Shown here piece by piece: positions 38,799-47,989 of a DNA stretch of 64,000 bases; within the stretch, counting starts at the first letter, position 1, and every line of letters starts with the position of its first letter. Origin of the DNA: an uncultured Chloroflexia bacterium (GTDB lineage Bacteria; Chloroflexota; Limnocylindria; Limnocylindrales; CSP1-4); NCBI GenBank assembly GCA_963771795.1, contig CAVYUR010000001.1, positions 129,880 to 193,879 on the forward strand, given 5' to 3'. The translations under genes were made by a program, and so were the position numbers. The notes beneath the pieces were generated by a model. That model was not told the DNA's origin and did no database searches. It saw nothing but the letters and a program-made list of their open reading frames with translations.

Positions 38799-40046
38799 AT
38801 GGCGACGAAGACAGTCGTCTGCCCGGAATGCGATGCGCCGCTGTCGCCAGGCCGCTTTGCGTGCTCATCGTGCGGCGCCCTCGTCGCCTCCGTCGCGACC
38901 GTCTCGCGTTCCTTCACCCAGGCCCAGCCGCTTCTCCCGCCGATCCTCTCCACGGCCATCGCCGCCGAGCCCGCACGCCCGCCGGTCGTCGAAGCGGCAC
39001 CAACGTTCGACGAGCCACTCCCGCCGCGATTGGCGAGGGTCCTCCCGCAGGCTCGCCGGGCCGCGACCCCTCCGCGCGCCGAGAAGCCGGACCCGATCGC
39101 CGTGGCTGTCCCGCCCCCGGCGCCTCGGCCGCCACGACGGAACGCGGCGCGACCCGCCGCCACGACCCAGCAGGCGCCGCTCGTGTGGTCGCTGGACGAT
39201 GCCGAGCCCGCGCAGCTGTCGACTGCGCCAATCGAGCCCGTGGAATTGCCGATAGCTCCAATCGAGGCCGCCGAGGTCGCCGAGGTCGTCGAGGTGTCAA
39301 GCCTCGAGCCCGAGCCCGTGCCCGTGCCATCGCGGCAGACTGGCCCGCAGCCCGAGTTGAACGGGCCGTCCAGCGCCGCGTCGACGCCGAGCTGGCCGGC
39401 TCACCCCACGTGGCCGCCGCCGCGGCCGGCGAACAGTGTCGAACCGGTCGAGATCCCGGGCGCCCGGGTCGTGGCGGGTGCATACCTCCCGCCGTCGGCG
39501 GTCCTGCCACCGGGCGATGCCTTGCCGCTGCCGGGCGCCGAGCGACGGGATGATCCCGCCGAGCCGGCGGAGCGTCCGCGGCGCGAACTCGGTATCCCGA
39601 AGTTGCACCTTCGCCTCGGCGAGGGGACGGGCCCGCTCGGCATGCCCGCGGAGGCCCCGACGCGCATCGTCGTTCTTGGCGCAAGCATCGCCGGCCTCGG
39701 ATTCCTGCTGCCGTGGGCACGAGTCGTCATCGGCAGTCAGCAGATCGGCGGCTACCTCGCCCAGTGGGGCCTGGCCGGACCGGGCCACCTGGCGGTCCTC
39801 GCCCTCATCGTCGGGCTCGCTGTCCTTGCCCTCGTTGCGGCGCGCCTGCCCCGCTGGGTCCGGCTCGGGCTTCCGACGATCGCCCTGGCCTTCCTGCTCG
39901 CCGGCCTGCTGTGGCCTTACCTCGTCGGCAACTTCCAAACCTCGATCGGGGTCTACGTCGTCGCAGTCGGCGCTATCGTCATGATCGCCGGCGGATTACT
40001 CGATCGGGTGGCCACGCGTCACGCCGAGTCCACCGCGACCGTCTAG
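38799..40046 (+). CDS. Zinc-ribbon / Pro-rich linker / C-terminal 4-TM protein, unknown function
   Basis: 415 aa with SD GAGGTG. N-terminal 'CPECDAPLSPGRFACSSCG', a ~250-aa Pro/Ala/Glu-rich region, then four hydrophobic helices at the C-terminus. Confidence 0.6.
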   Translation: MATKTVVCPECDAPLSPGRFACSSCGALVASVATVSRSFTQAQPLLPPILSTAIAAEPARPPVVEAAPTFDEPLPPRLARVLPQARRAATPPRAEKPDPIAVAVPPPAPRPPRRNAARPAATTQQAPLVWSLDDAEPAQLSTAPIEPVELPIAPIEAAEVAEVVEVSSLEPEPVPVPSRQTGPQPELNGPSSAASTPSWPAHPTWPPPRPANSVEPVEIPGARVVAGAYLPPSAVLPPGDALPLPGAERRDDPAEPAERPRRELGIPKLHLRLGEGTGPLGMPAEAPTRIVVLGASIAGLGFLLPWARVVIGSQQIGGYLAQWGLAGPGHLAVLALIVGLAVLALVAARLPRWVRLGLPTIALAFLLAGLLWPYLVGNFQTSIGVYVVAVGAIVMIAGGLLDRVATRHAESTATV

Positions 40047-40161
40047 GGCACACGGGACTCGTCGGAGCCCCTGTTACACTGCGCCGGACGCCGTCGGCGG
40101 GCCTGGGGCAGGACGGCACGACCGGCCGATCTGAGCGATTCGGAGGCACCCACCAACCTGC

Positions 40162-40815
40162 ATGGACGAGATCTTCGGCGAGATCGGCAAGGCGCTTGGC
40201 GGATTCTTCGGCAGCGCCCCGGTCCAGCTGGCTCTCCAGGCGATCGCGATCTACCTGATCATCCTTTGGCTGGCAGGCGCGTACTGGGCCTTCCGCGACA
40301 TGCAGCAACGGACGGAGAACCCGATCCTTCCGTACGTCGCGGCGAGTTTCATCATCGTCTTCACCCCGATCTTCTTTCCGCTGGCGATCTTCGTGTACAA
40401 GATCATCCGGCCGCACGAGAAGATCGGCGAGGTCTACGAGCGCAACCTGGCTGAGGAGGCGCTCCTGGCCGAGGTCGAGGCGATCCACAGCTGCCCGACC
40501 TGCGCCCGCCGGGTGAACGACGAGTGGATTATCTGCCCCACCTGCCGGACCAGGTTGAACCGCGTCTGCCCGAACTGCAGCCGCCTCGTCGGCCTCGACT
40601 GGTCGCTCTGTGCGTGGTGCGGCAAGGACTTCGAGCGGCGCGACATGCCGGCGGCCATCGCCGGTCCGCGACCGGCTTCGATCATGCCGCTGCCGGGGTC
40701 GATTGACGAGACCGGCAGGATCGCCGCGGACGGTCCCGCTTCGCGTTCGGCCCGGTCGTCCGCTCCCCGCTCGCTGCCGCTATCGGCGCCCCAGGATGTC
40801 CTGCCCGAGGGCTGA
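40162..40815 (+). CDS. Two-TM protein with cytoplasmic double zinc ribbon
   Basis: 217 aa. 'CPTCARRVNDEWIICPTCRTRLNRVCPNCSRLVGLDWSLCAWCG' gives four CxxC pairs. Confidence 0.65.
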   Translation: MDEIFGEIGKALGGFFGSAPVQLALQAIAIYLIILWLAGAYWAFRDMQQRTENPILPYVAASFIIVFTPIFFPLAIFVYKIIRPHEKIGEVYERNLAEEALLAEVEAIHSCPTCARRVNDEWIICPTCRTRLNRVCPNCSRLVGLDWSLCAWCGKDFERRDMPAAIAGPRPASIMPLPGSIDETGRIAADGPASRSARSSAPRSLPLSAPQDVLPEG

Positions 40816-40827
40816 CGCCCGGCGCTC

Positions 40828-41859
40828 GTGACTCCAGACGACCCGACAGACCCCGAGACCGGACCAGGGGGCGACTCCGCGCCTCCGTCTCCGCTTCCGC
40901 CTCGGCCAGGGGCATCCTTCTTCACGATCGAGGGACGTGCGGCGCCGGCGCTCTTTGTGGTCGGCTGGCTGGCTTCGATCTTCGGGCTTGCCGTCGCCAT
41001 CGCCGGAGCCCTTGCCGGCTCGGCGCTGCTCGTCTACTTCGTCGGCCCGGGGCTGCTGTCGCTGGGGCTGCTCTCGGCCGCGGGCAACCAGGCGTTCGAG
41101 CGCCGGGCACGCGGCGCCCCGTACGCCGGCCCATCGCCGATCCTCGTCTTCGCGGCGACGGTCGCGGTCACGTACTTCGTCGCGCCGCTTCTCGGCGTGC
41201 TGCTCGATGCGGTCGTCAGATCGACCGGGACGACCGTCTGGCCGCCCTTCGGCCAGCTCATCGCCGCGGCCCTGACCGCCCTCATCTTCATCGGTGCCAT
41301 CCGTTTCACCGTCGTCGGGACCGGGGCCCTCACGTGGTCGGAGATGGGGATCCGCCGGTTCGACCGCCGGGCCGCCGCCGACCTCCTCGCCGGGGCATCG
41401 CTGGCGCTGCCCGTCATCGGCGTAACGCTCATCGTCGGCGCGATCCTCCTGGCGATCTTCCGCGTCGAGCCTCAGAGTCCGCTGCCCCCGACCGGCGAGC
41501 TGTCGGGGCTCCTCCTGCAGCTCGTCGTCGGCGCGATCATCGCCCCGGTTGCCGAGGAGATCCTCTTCCGCGGCTTCGCCGTCACGGCGTGGCGGCGGTC
41601 GATCGGCGCGAGCCGGGCGATCTTCCGGGCGACCCTGCTGTTTGCGCTCGCTCACGTCGTCGGGATCGAGGCGACGAATTTCGGGCAGGCGACCGGGCTG
41701 ATCGTCGTCGGGGCGGGGACGCGCGTGCCGGTCGCCTGGGTCCTGGGCTGGATGTTCGTCCGGCGCGGGTCGATCTGGGCACCGATCGGGCTGCACGCGA
41801 CCTTCAACGCCGTCCTGCTCATCCTCGCCCACCTCGCGACCCAGGGGGGCGCCACCTGA
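40828..41859 (+). CDS. CPBP-family (CAAX/Abi) intramembrane glutamic protease
   Basis: 343 aa with the motifs 'APVAEEILFRGF', 'FALAHV' and 'HATFNAVLL'. Confidence 0.75.
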   Translation: MTPDDPTDPETGPGGDSAPPSPLPPRPGASFFTIEGRAAPALFVVGWLASIFGLAVAIAGALAGSALLVYFVGPGLLSLGLLSAAGNQAFERRARGAPYAGPSPILVFAATVAVTYFVAPLLGVLLDAVVRSTGTTVWPPFGQLIAAALTALIFIGAIRFTVVGTGALTWSEMGIRRFDRRAAADLLAGASLALPVIGVTLIVGAILLAIFRVEPQSPLPPTGELSGLLLQLVVGAIIAPVAEEILFRGFAVTAWRRSIGASRAIFRATLLFALAHVVGIEATNFGQATGLIVVGAGTRVPVAWVLGWMFVRRGSIWAPIGLHATFNAVLLILAHLATQGGAT

Positions 41860-42013
41860 CCGTCGATCGGCGATGAACCGGCCGGTGAGCCGCCGGTAAG
41901 GCCTTGCCGCTACTGTTCCGGCGTTCCCGGGTCCGGATGGCGGGAGGAATCGGCGGGCTTCCGTCGTTCGGGCTCGGGGACGCCTGTCCGCCGTCGCACG
42001 AGGAGTCAGGCGA

Positions 42014-42736
42014 ATGGCTGGACGGTCGATCCGCGAGATCCCGCCGACGGAACGACCGCGCGAACGCCTGGCCGCTCGTGGGGCGGCCGGGCTGAGCTCG
42101 GCGGAGCTGATCGGGCTCCTCTGGGGCTCGGGGTCGCGCGGCAGGTCGGCGGTCGACCTGGCAGAGGACGTTCTCGCCCGGTACGACGGTCTGACCGGGC
42201 TCGCCCGCGCGACGGACGTCGAGCTCGAGTCGGTATCGGGGATTGGTGCTGCGAAGGCCGCCCAGCTGGCCGCGGCGTTCGAGCTCGGCCGGCGGCTGCT
42301 CGCGGACTGGCCGGCCGGCCGCTGGACGATCCGTTCGGCCCGCGACGTTGCCGACCGGCTCGTCCTCCAGATGGGTCGCCTCGAACGCGAGGAGCTACGG
42401 GTGGTGCTCCTGAACACGAAGAACGTCGTGCTCCGCGTCGCGACCGTGTACCAGGGCAACGTCTCGTCGTCGCTCGTCCGCGTCGGCGAGCTGTATCGAG
42501 ACGCGGTCCGCCTAAACGCGACCGGCCTGATCCTCGTCCACAACCACCCCAGTGGCGATCCCACGCCCTCACCGGACGACCTCCACCTGACCGCCGAGGC
42601 ACTCGCGGCCGGGCGACTGCTCGACATCGACCTGCTGGACCACCTGGTCGTCGGTCACGACGCCTGGGTCTCGCTCCGCGACCGCGGCGTCTCGTTCGAT
42701 CGGCCCGAGCTGCGCCGGGCCGCCGACTCGGGTTGA
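42014..42736 (+). CDS. radC: RadC-family JAB-domain protein
   Basis: 240 aa. 'ERPRERL', HhH 'SVSGIGAAKAAQLAAAFELGRR', JAB motif 'LVHNHPSGDPTPSPDD'. SD GAGGAG. Confidence 0.85.
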   Translation: MAGRSIREIPPTERPRERLAARGAAGLSSAELIGLLWGSGSRGRSAVDLAEDVLARYDGLTGLARATDVELESVSGIGAAKAAQLAAAFELGRRLLADWPAGRWTIRSARDVADRLVLQMGRLEREELRVVLLNTKNVVLRVATVYQGNVSSSLVRVGELYRDAVRLNATGLILVHNHPSGDPTPSPDDLHLTAEALAAGRLLDIDLLDHLVVGHDAWVSLRDRGVSFDRPELRRAADSG

Positions 42737-42772
42737 TCGCCACGGCAATCCCACGCGACGCGTCTGACGTGC

Positions 42773-43843
42773 ATGCGAGTGCCCCTCGTTCTGCTGGTGA
42801 CCTTGAGCGCAGTCGCGGCCGCCTGTTCGCCCGCACCACCACCTACACCTTCGCCGGGAGAGCTCACGCCCATCGCGGTTGCGCCGCGCTGCCCCGACCG
42901 GCCGTTTGACAGCGCTGCGCCGCTCGGACCCGAGTTCGATGAGGACATCTTCCTGCGCGATGAGTCGAAGGTGCTCGCGACCGACTTCCTCGTCGGTCTC
43001 GCGGCCATCTACGCCCATCCGGATGCGGCTGACGTGTGCCGCTACTTCACGGAGCGGGGCTGGACCACGGCCCTGGCGTTCGATCCGCGGCTCCGGGCCG
43101 TCGAGCGGGGCGAGGCCATCGTCACCCAGGAGCACGTGCTGCGGCTCGCGATCGAAGGCGAATACAACCTTCGCAACCGCCCACCGGTCGTCCCCCTCGA
43201 GATCGTCTTCGACATCCCGGCCGGGGCGCGGACGGAGGACGTGACGTCCGGCGAGACCCGCATCACCACCAGCACCGCACGCGAAGGCTTCCACGCGGAC
43301 CTCATGTTCGATGGCGAACGCTGGCGGGTCGACCAATTCGGCCCGCTTGCCGACGACAATCGGACGTGGATCGCCCTGCCGACGACGCCGGCGCCGGGGC
43401 CGCCGTGCGCGACGTTCGTCCACGATCCCGAAGGCGCCCCATTCGACGACTCTGCAGATCGCCCGTGGTGCGACGCCGCCGGGCGGGGTCGGGCGATCTC
43501 ACGAGGCCAGGTCGTCCTGTTGACCCAGTACCCGTGCAAGAGGGGCAAGGCGGCGATCCTCCACATCGGGCGTCCACTCGGTGCCAGCCTCGACCCCCTC
43601 GTTCGATGGGAGTACGTCCGCGATCCTGGTGACGAGTTCCTCGGGCGAGAGTGGATCACGGCGCCGTACGAGGACGACGCCACGATGCCTGACGACGCGG
43701 CCGACAGCGGCTGGACGAACGGCAACATCGACCTCTGGATCAGCCCATCGGACCTGGACCGCGCTGTGTACGTGGTCCGGGGCGACACGATCGAGCGCTG
43801 GCCGCGCGCCGTGGAGCAGTGGGGCGTGATCGACTGCAACTAG
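42773..43843 (+). CDS. Lipoprotein, unknown function
   Basis: 356 aa. Signal peptide with lipobox 'VAAAC'. I recognise no family. Confidence 0.5.
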   Translation: MRVPLVLLVTLSAVAAACSPAPPPTPSPGELTPIAVAPRCPDRPFDSAAPLGPEFDEDIFLRDESKVLATDFLVGLAAIYAHPDAADVCRYFTERGWTTALAFDPRLRAVERGEAIVTQEHVLRLAIEGEYNLRNRPPVVPLEIVFDIPAGARTEDVTSGETRITTSTAREGFHADLMFDGERWRVDQFGPLADDNRTWIALPTTPAPGPPCATFVHDPEGAPFDDSADRPWCDAAGRGRAISRGQVVLLTQYPCKRGKAAILHIGRPLGASLDPLVRWEYVRDPGDEFLGREWITAPYEDDATMPDDAADSGWTNGNIDLWISPSDLDRAVYVVRGDTIERWPRAVEQWGVIDCN

Positions 43844-43888
43844 GCGCTTGGCCTGTGGACCCCTTCGGGCGCGGCCGGACGAGCCGGG

Positions 43889-43894
43889 TATACT
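43889..43894 (+). promoter_or_regulatory. -10-like TATACT upstream of mreB (~115-nt leader)
   Basis: The only TAnnnT of this quality in the 167-bp intergenic region. The same hexamer occurs at 25688 and 58797. Confidence 0.3.
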
Positions 43895-44010
43895 GCACGG
43901 GCTTCCCCGGCCTGAGCCTTTAGCGCGCGATCCCCCGGTGTCCTCCAGGGCAGAGGGAGCCGCTGCGAACCCGGACGCGACCCGACCCGCACGAAGGACC
44001 TTCCCGCCAC

Positions 44011-45069
44011 ATGCTCGACCGCTTTCTCGGCCTCTTTTCCCGCGACATCGGGATCGACCTAGGGACCGCCAACACGCTGGTCCACGTCCGCGACCGCGGG
44101 ATCGTGATGAGCGAGCCGTCGGTCGTGGCGATCGACGCGAAGACGAGGCGGGTCCTGGCGGTCGGGGCAGAGGCGAAGCGGATGGTCGGCCGGACACCGG
44201 CCAGCATCATCGCGATTCGGCCGCTCCGCGACGGAGTCATCAGCGACTTCGACGTGACCGAGGAGATGATCAAGTACTTCGTCCGCCGGGTCCACGACCG
44301 GGTCGGGCTGATCCCGCGGCCGCGGATGCTCCTGGGGATCCCGTCGGGCGTCACCGAGGTCGAGAAGCGAGCCGTTCGTGACGCCGCGTTGAACGCCGGC
44401 GCCCGGTGGGCGCGCCTCATCGAGGAGCCGATGGCCGCCGCGATCGGTGCCGGACTGCCGGTCAGCGAACCGTCGGGATCGCTCATCGTCGACATCGGCG
44501 GTGGCACGACCGAGGTCGCGGTCATCAGCCTCGGCGGGATCGTCGTCAGCCGCTCGATCCGGATTGGCGGCGACGAGATGGACCAGGACATCGTGGCGTT
44601 CGCCCGGCGCGAGTACAACCTGTTCCTCGGCGAGCGGACGGCGGAGGACATCAAGATCGCGATCGGGTCCGCCTACCCGGGCGAGTGGGACCAGCAGCGG
44701 ATCTCGCTCCGTGGCCGGGACCTGCTGACCGGCCTGCCGCGAAGCGTCGAGGTCGGCGCCGACCAGATCCGCGAGGCGATCGAGCCGTCGGTCCAGCAGA
44801 TCGTCGACACGATCAAGGACACGATCGAGGAGACGCCGCCGGAGCTCGTCGCCGACATCATGGACCAGGGGATCGTGCTGGCCGGCGGGGGAGCGCTCCT
44901 CGCGGGGCTCGATCGGCGGGCCGCCGATGCCACGCAGATGCCGGTCCACATCGCCGACGACCCGCTGACCTGCGTCGCCCGGGGGACCGGCATCGTCCTC
45001 CAGGAGCTCGGCAATCCTGCGATGGACCGCGTCCTCGTTGCCGACACGTACGCCCGGCCCCCTCGCTAA
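44011..45069 (+). CDS. mreB: Rod-shape-determining actin homologue MreB
   Basis: 352 aa. 'IGIDLGTANTLV', 'VIAIRPLRDGVI', 'IVDIGGGTTEVAVISLGGIV'. Confidence 0.95.
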   Translation: MLDRFLGLFSRDIGIDLGTANTLVHVRDRGIVMSEPSVVAIDAKTRRVLAVGAEAKRMVGRTPASIIAIRPLRDGVISDFDVTEEMIKYFVRRVHDRVGLIPRPRMLLGIPSGVTEVEKRAVRDAALNAGARWARLIEEPMAAAIGAGLPVSEPSGSLIVDIGGGTTEVAVISLGGIVVSRSIRIGGDEMDQDIVAFARREYNLFLGERTAEDIKIAIGSAYPGEWDQQRISLRGRDLLTGLPRSVEVGADQIREAIEPSVQQIVDTIKDTIEETPPELVADIMDQGIVLAGGGALLAGLDRRAADATQMPVHIADDPLTCVARGTGIVLQELGNPAMDRVLVADTYARPPR

Positions 45070-45094
45070 TAGGGTGGCAGTTCCCATCGCGCGG

Positions 45095-45100
45095 TAGGCT
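45095..45100 (+). promoter_or_regulatory. -10-like TAGGCT, 6 nt upstream of the mreC ATG
   Basis: TAGGCT tcgacg ATG. Confidence 0.35.
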
Positions 45101-45106
45101 TCGACG

Positions 45107-46102
45107 ATGAGCTCGCTCCTTGCCTCGCGCGCTGCGCGCCGCAGATCCGTTGTCTTCATCGCGTTGCTGACCGCGACGCTCGTGATGATGGCGTTCTCAT
45201 CGAGCCCGGTTCTTCGCGAGTTCCAGGGGGCGATCAGCTTCGCGATCCGGCCGATCCAGGGCGCCGTCGACGACGTGGCCGAGGGAATTGCCGGAATCTT
45301 CCAGTCGATCTCCGACATCGATCGGCTCCACACGGACAACACCGCGCTCCGGCGCGAGAACGAGCGGCTGGCGGCCGAGAACCAGCGGCTGCTCGAGACC
45401 CAGCGCGAGAACGAGCTACTGACCGGCGTGCTCCAGCTCCGCAACGGGTTCGCCTACAAGACGGCCGCGGCGGAGGTGATCGCCCGCGAATCGTCGGAGT
45501 TCCGCCGCCTGGTCACGATCAGCAAGGGCACGGACGCCGAGATCGAGGAAGGCGATGTCGTCATCGCGGAGGGCGGCGCGCTCGCCGGCCGCGTCATCGA
45601 GGTCGGCCCGAACTACGCCAAGGTCGTGCTAATTACCGATCAGACCTCGACGGTCATCGGCCAGGTCCAGTCGAGCGGCGCGACCGGCGAGGTGATCGGC
45701 CAGCTGGGTGGCGCGCTGATCATGGCGAACATCGACTCGACCGAGAAGATCGAGCTGGGCGACGAGGTCGTCACGGCAGGGATCGAGCTCGCAGGCGGAA
45801 TCCGCTCGCCGTATCCGAAGGGCCTGCTGCTCGGCCAGGTCGCCGACGTTCGGCGCGATGCGAACAGCGTCGTCCAGACGGCATACCTCCAGCCGCCAAC
45901 CGACCTCGAGAAGATCGAGTACGTGCTCGTCGTGCTCGACTACGAAGGCGGCCTGCCGCCGGCCGGCGAACAACCGATCGACTGCTCGATCACCGGCCCG
46001 GACGGCGCTCTGCCCGGCGGCGAGCAACCGTGCATCGAGCCGACGCCGTCGCCCAAGCCGTCCGTCTCGCCGTCGGCCCAGCCGTCGGTCGGAACACCGT
46101 AG
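45107..46102 (+). CDS. mreC: Rod-shape-determining protein MreC
   Basis: 331 aa. N-terminal TM helix, coiled coil 'LRRENERLAAENQRLLETQRENELL', beta-barrel 'GDVVIAEGGALAGRVIEV'. ATG lies 6 nt after TAGGCT. Confidence 0.85.
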   Translation: MSSLLASRAARRRSVVFIALLTATLVMMAFSSSPVLREFQGAISFAIRPIQGAVDDVAEGIAGIFQSISDIDRLHTDNTALRRENERLAAENQRLLETQRENELLTGVLQLRNGFAYKTAAAEVIARESSEFRRLVTISKGTDAEIEEGDVVIAEGGALAGRVIEVGPNYAKVVLITDQTSTVIGQVQSSGATGEVIGQLGGALIMANIDSTEKIELGDEVVTAGIELAGGIRSPYPKGLLLGQVADVRRDANSVVQTAYLQPPTDLEKIEYVLVVLDYEGGLPPAGEQPIDCSITGPDGALPGGEQPCIEPTPSPKPSVSPSAQPSVGTP

Positions 46103-46119
46103 CGGGCTGGTTCCCCTGC

Positions 46120-46125
46120 TACGCT
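46120..46125 (+). promoter_or_regulatory. -10-like TACGCT, 8 nt upstream of the rmlA-like ATG
   Basis: TACGCT gatcgcga ATG. Confidence 0.35.
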
Positions 46126-46133
46126 GATCGCGA

Positions 46134-46895
46134 ATGAAGGGCATCGTCCTCGCCGGCGGCACGGCCACCCGGCTGTTTCCGCTCACGATCGTGACGAACA
46201 AGCACCTGCTGCCGATCTACGACCGGCCGATGATCTACTACCCGATCGAGACGCTCGCCGGCATGGGGATCCGCGAGGTGATGGTGGTCGTCGGCGGCAA
46301 GAGCGTCGGCGACGTCGTCGAGCTACTCGCCGATGGCTCCCACTTCGGTCTCGACCTGACGTATCGCTACCAGCACGGGGCGCTCGGGATCGCCCACGCG
46401 ATCGGCCTTGCGCGGAACTTTGTCGGCGACGAGGCGTTCTGCTGCATCCTCGGCGACAACATCCTCCGTGGACCGGACCTCACCGAGACCGCTCGCGAGT
46501 TCGAGGCCGGCCCGTGGGGCGCCGGGACGCTCCTCTACCGGGTGCCAGATCCTGAACGGTTCGGCGTGGCGGAAATGGATCCCGAGGGCAACATCGTTGG
46601 ATTCGAGGAGAAGCCCGCGAAGCCGAAGAGCGACCTGATCCCGATCGGGGTCTATTACCTCCGACCGGGAGCGTTCGACGTCATCGACCACCTCGCACCG
46701 TCCGGTCGCGGCGAGTTCGAGATCACCGATGTCCTCAACCACTACATCCCCGATGGCGGGCTCTTCAGCCGCGTCTACGAGGGCCACTGGACCGACGCCG
46801 GGACCGTCCCGTCGCTGATCCGGGCCGCCGAGCTCGCCCGCGAGGACGACCAGGCGGGCCGGCTCGAGCCGCCGATCGAGCGGCCGAACGGGTGA
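46134..46895 (+). CDS. rmlA: Sugar-phosphate nucleotidyltransferase (short-form glucose-1-phosphate thymidylyltransferase-like)
   Basis: 253 aa. 'KGIVLAGGTATRLFPLT...KHLLPIYD.PMIYYPI'. Followed by rmlB, rmlD and rmlC. Confidence 0.75.
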   Translation: MKGIVLAGGTATRLFPLTIVTNKHLLPIYDRPMIYYPIETLAGMGIREVMVVVGGKSVGDVVELLADGSHFGLDLTYRYQHGALGIAHAIGLARNFVGDEAFCCILGDNILRGPDLTETAREFEAGPWGAGTLLYRVPDPERFGVAEMDPEGNIVGFEEKPAKPKSDLIPIGVYYLRPGAFDVIDHLAPSGRGEFEITDVLNHYIPDGGLFSRVYEGHWTDAGTVPSLIRAAELAREDDQAGRLEPPIERPNG

Positions 46896-47986
46896 CCGAC
46901 CTCGCGCCGGACGCGCATCTCCTCGTCACCGGCGGCGCTGGGTTCATCGGCTCGTGCTTCGTCCGGGACATCCTCGCCCGCCGCGACGGTGCCCGGATCA
47001 CGATCATCGACAAGCTGACCTACGCGGGCAACAGGACGAACCTGGCGCCCGTGGAGGCCGATCCGGAGCAGGCCGCACGACTTCGCTTCGTCGAAGGTGA
47101 CATCGCCGACGCGGCGGCCGTCGAGCCGCTCGTCCGCGACGCCGACGCGGTCATCAACTTCGCCGCCGAATCGCACGTCGACCGGAGCATCCTCGACCCG
47201 GAAGCTTTTCTGCGGACCGGAGTCGTCGGGGTCCACGTCCTGCTCGAGGCCGTCGTGGCCGCCTCGGCGGCTCGGCAGCGGCCGGTGCGCTTCGTCCAGG
47301 TGTCGACCGACGAGGTCTACGGCTCCGTCGAGAGCGGCCATTCCACGGAGTCCGACCGGCTCGAGCCGCGATCGCCGTACTCGGCTGCCAAGGCGGCAGG
47401 TGAGCTGCTCGTCGGGAGCTACGTGGCGACGCACGGCGTCGACGCGGTGGTCACGCGCGGCTCCAATACCTACGGCCCCTACCACCACCCGGAGAAGCTC
47501 ATCCCGCTCTTCGTGACGAACGCGATCGACGATCAGCCGCTGCCTCTCTACGGCGATGGCCTACAGCGGCGGGACTGGCTGTACGTCGGCGACCACGCGG
47601 GCGCCGTCGAGCACGTGCTGCGCCACGGGCTGGCGGGCGAGACCTACAACATCCCGGGCTCGGCCGAGATGACGAACCGCGACGTCGTGGCGGCGCTCCT
47701 CGAGCGGCTCGGCAAGCCGTGGTCGCTCGTCCGGAGCGTTCCGGATCGGCCCGGTCACGATCGCCGCTACGCTCTCGACGGCGCGAAGCTCGCCACGCTC
47801 GGCTGGCGCAACCGGACGGGCTTTGCCGACGGCCTGGCGGCCACGATCGACTGGTTCCAGGCGAACGAACCCTGGTGGCGAGCGGCGAAGTCCGGCGACT
47901 GGGATGCGTACTACGAGCGCCAGTACGGGACACGGCTGGCCGAGGGCAAGGCGGTCGCCGAGATCCACGCCCAGTCGGAGGCCTGA
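46892..47986 (+). CDS. rmlB: dTDP-glucose 4,6-dehydratase
   Basis: 364 aa. 'VTGGAGFIGS', 'YSAAKAAGE', 'TRGSNTYGPYHHPEKLIP'. Confidence 0.9.
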   Translation: MTDLAPDAHLLVTGGAGFIGSCFVRDILARRDGARITIIDKLTYAGNRTNLAPVEADPEQAARLRFVEGDIADAAAVEPLVRDADAVINFAAESHVDRSILDPEAFLRTGVVGVHVLLEAVVAASAARQRPVRFVQVSTDEVYGSVESGHSTESDRLEPRSPYSAAKAAGELLVGSYVATHGVDAVVTRGSNTYGPYHHPEKLIPLFVTNAIDDQPLPLYGDGLQRRDWLYVGDHAGAVEHVLRHGLAGETYNIPGSAEMTNRDVVAALLERLGKPWSLVRSVPDRPGHDRRYALDGAKLATLGWRNRTGFADGLAATIDWFQANEPWWRAAKSGDWDAYYERQYGTRLAEGKAVAEIHAQSEA

Positions 47987-47989
47987 CCG

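Noticed and set aside
40780-42627. 615-aa ORF on the minus strand, plus similar ones at 4382-6127, 15523-16776, 30012-31280 and 33236-34699
   Set aside because: All overlap better-supported genes on the other strand and have Arg/Pro-rich nonsense composition.
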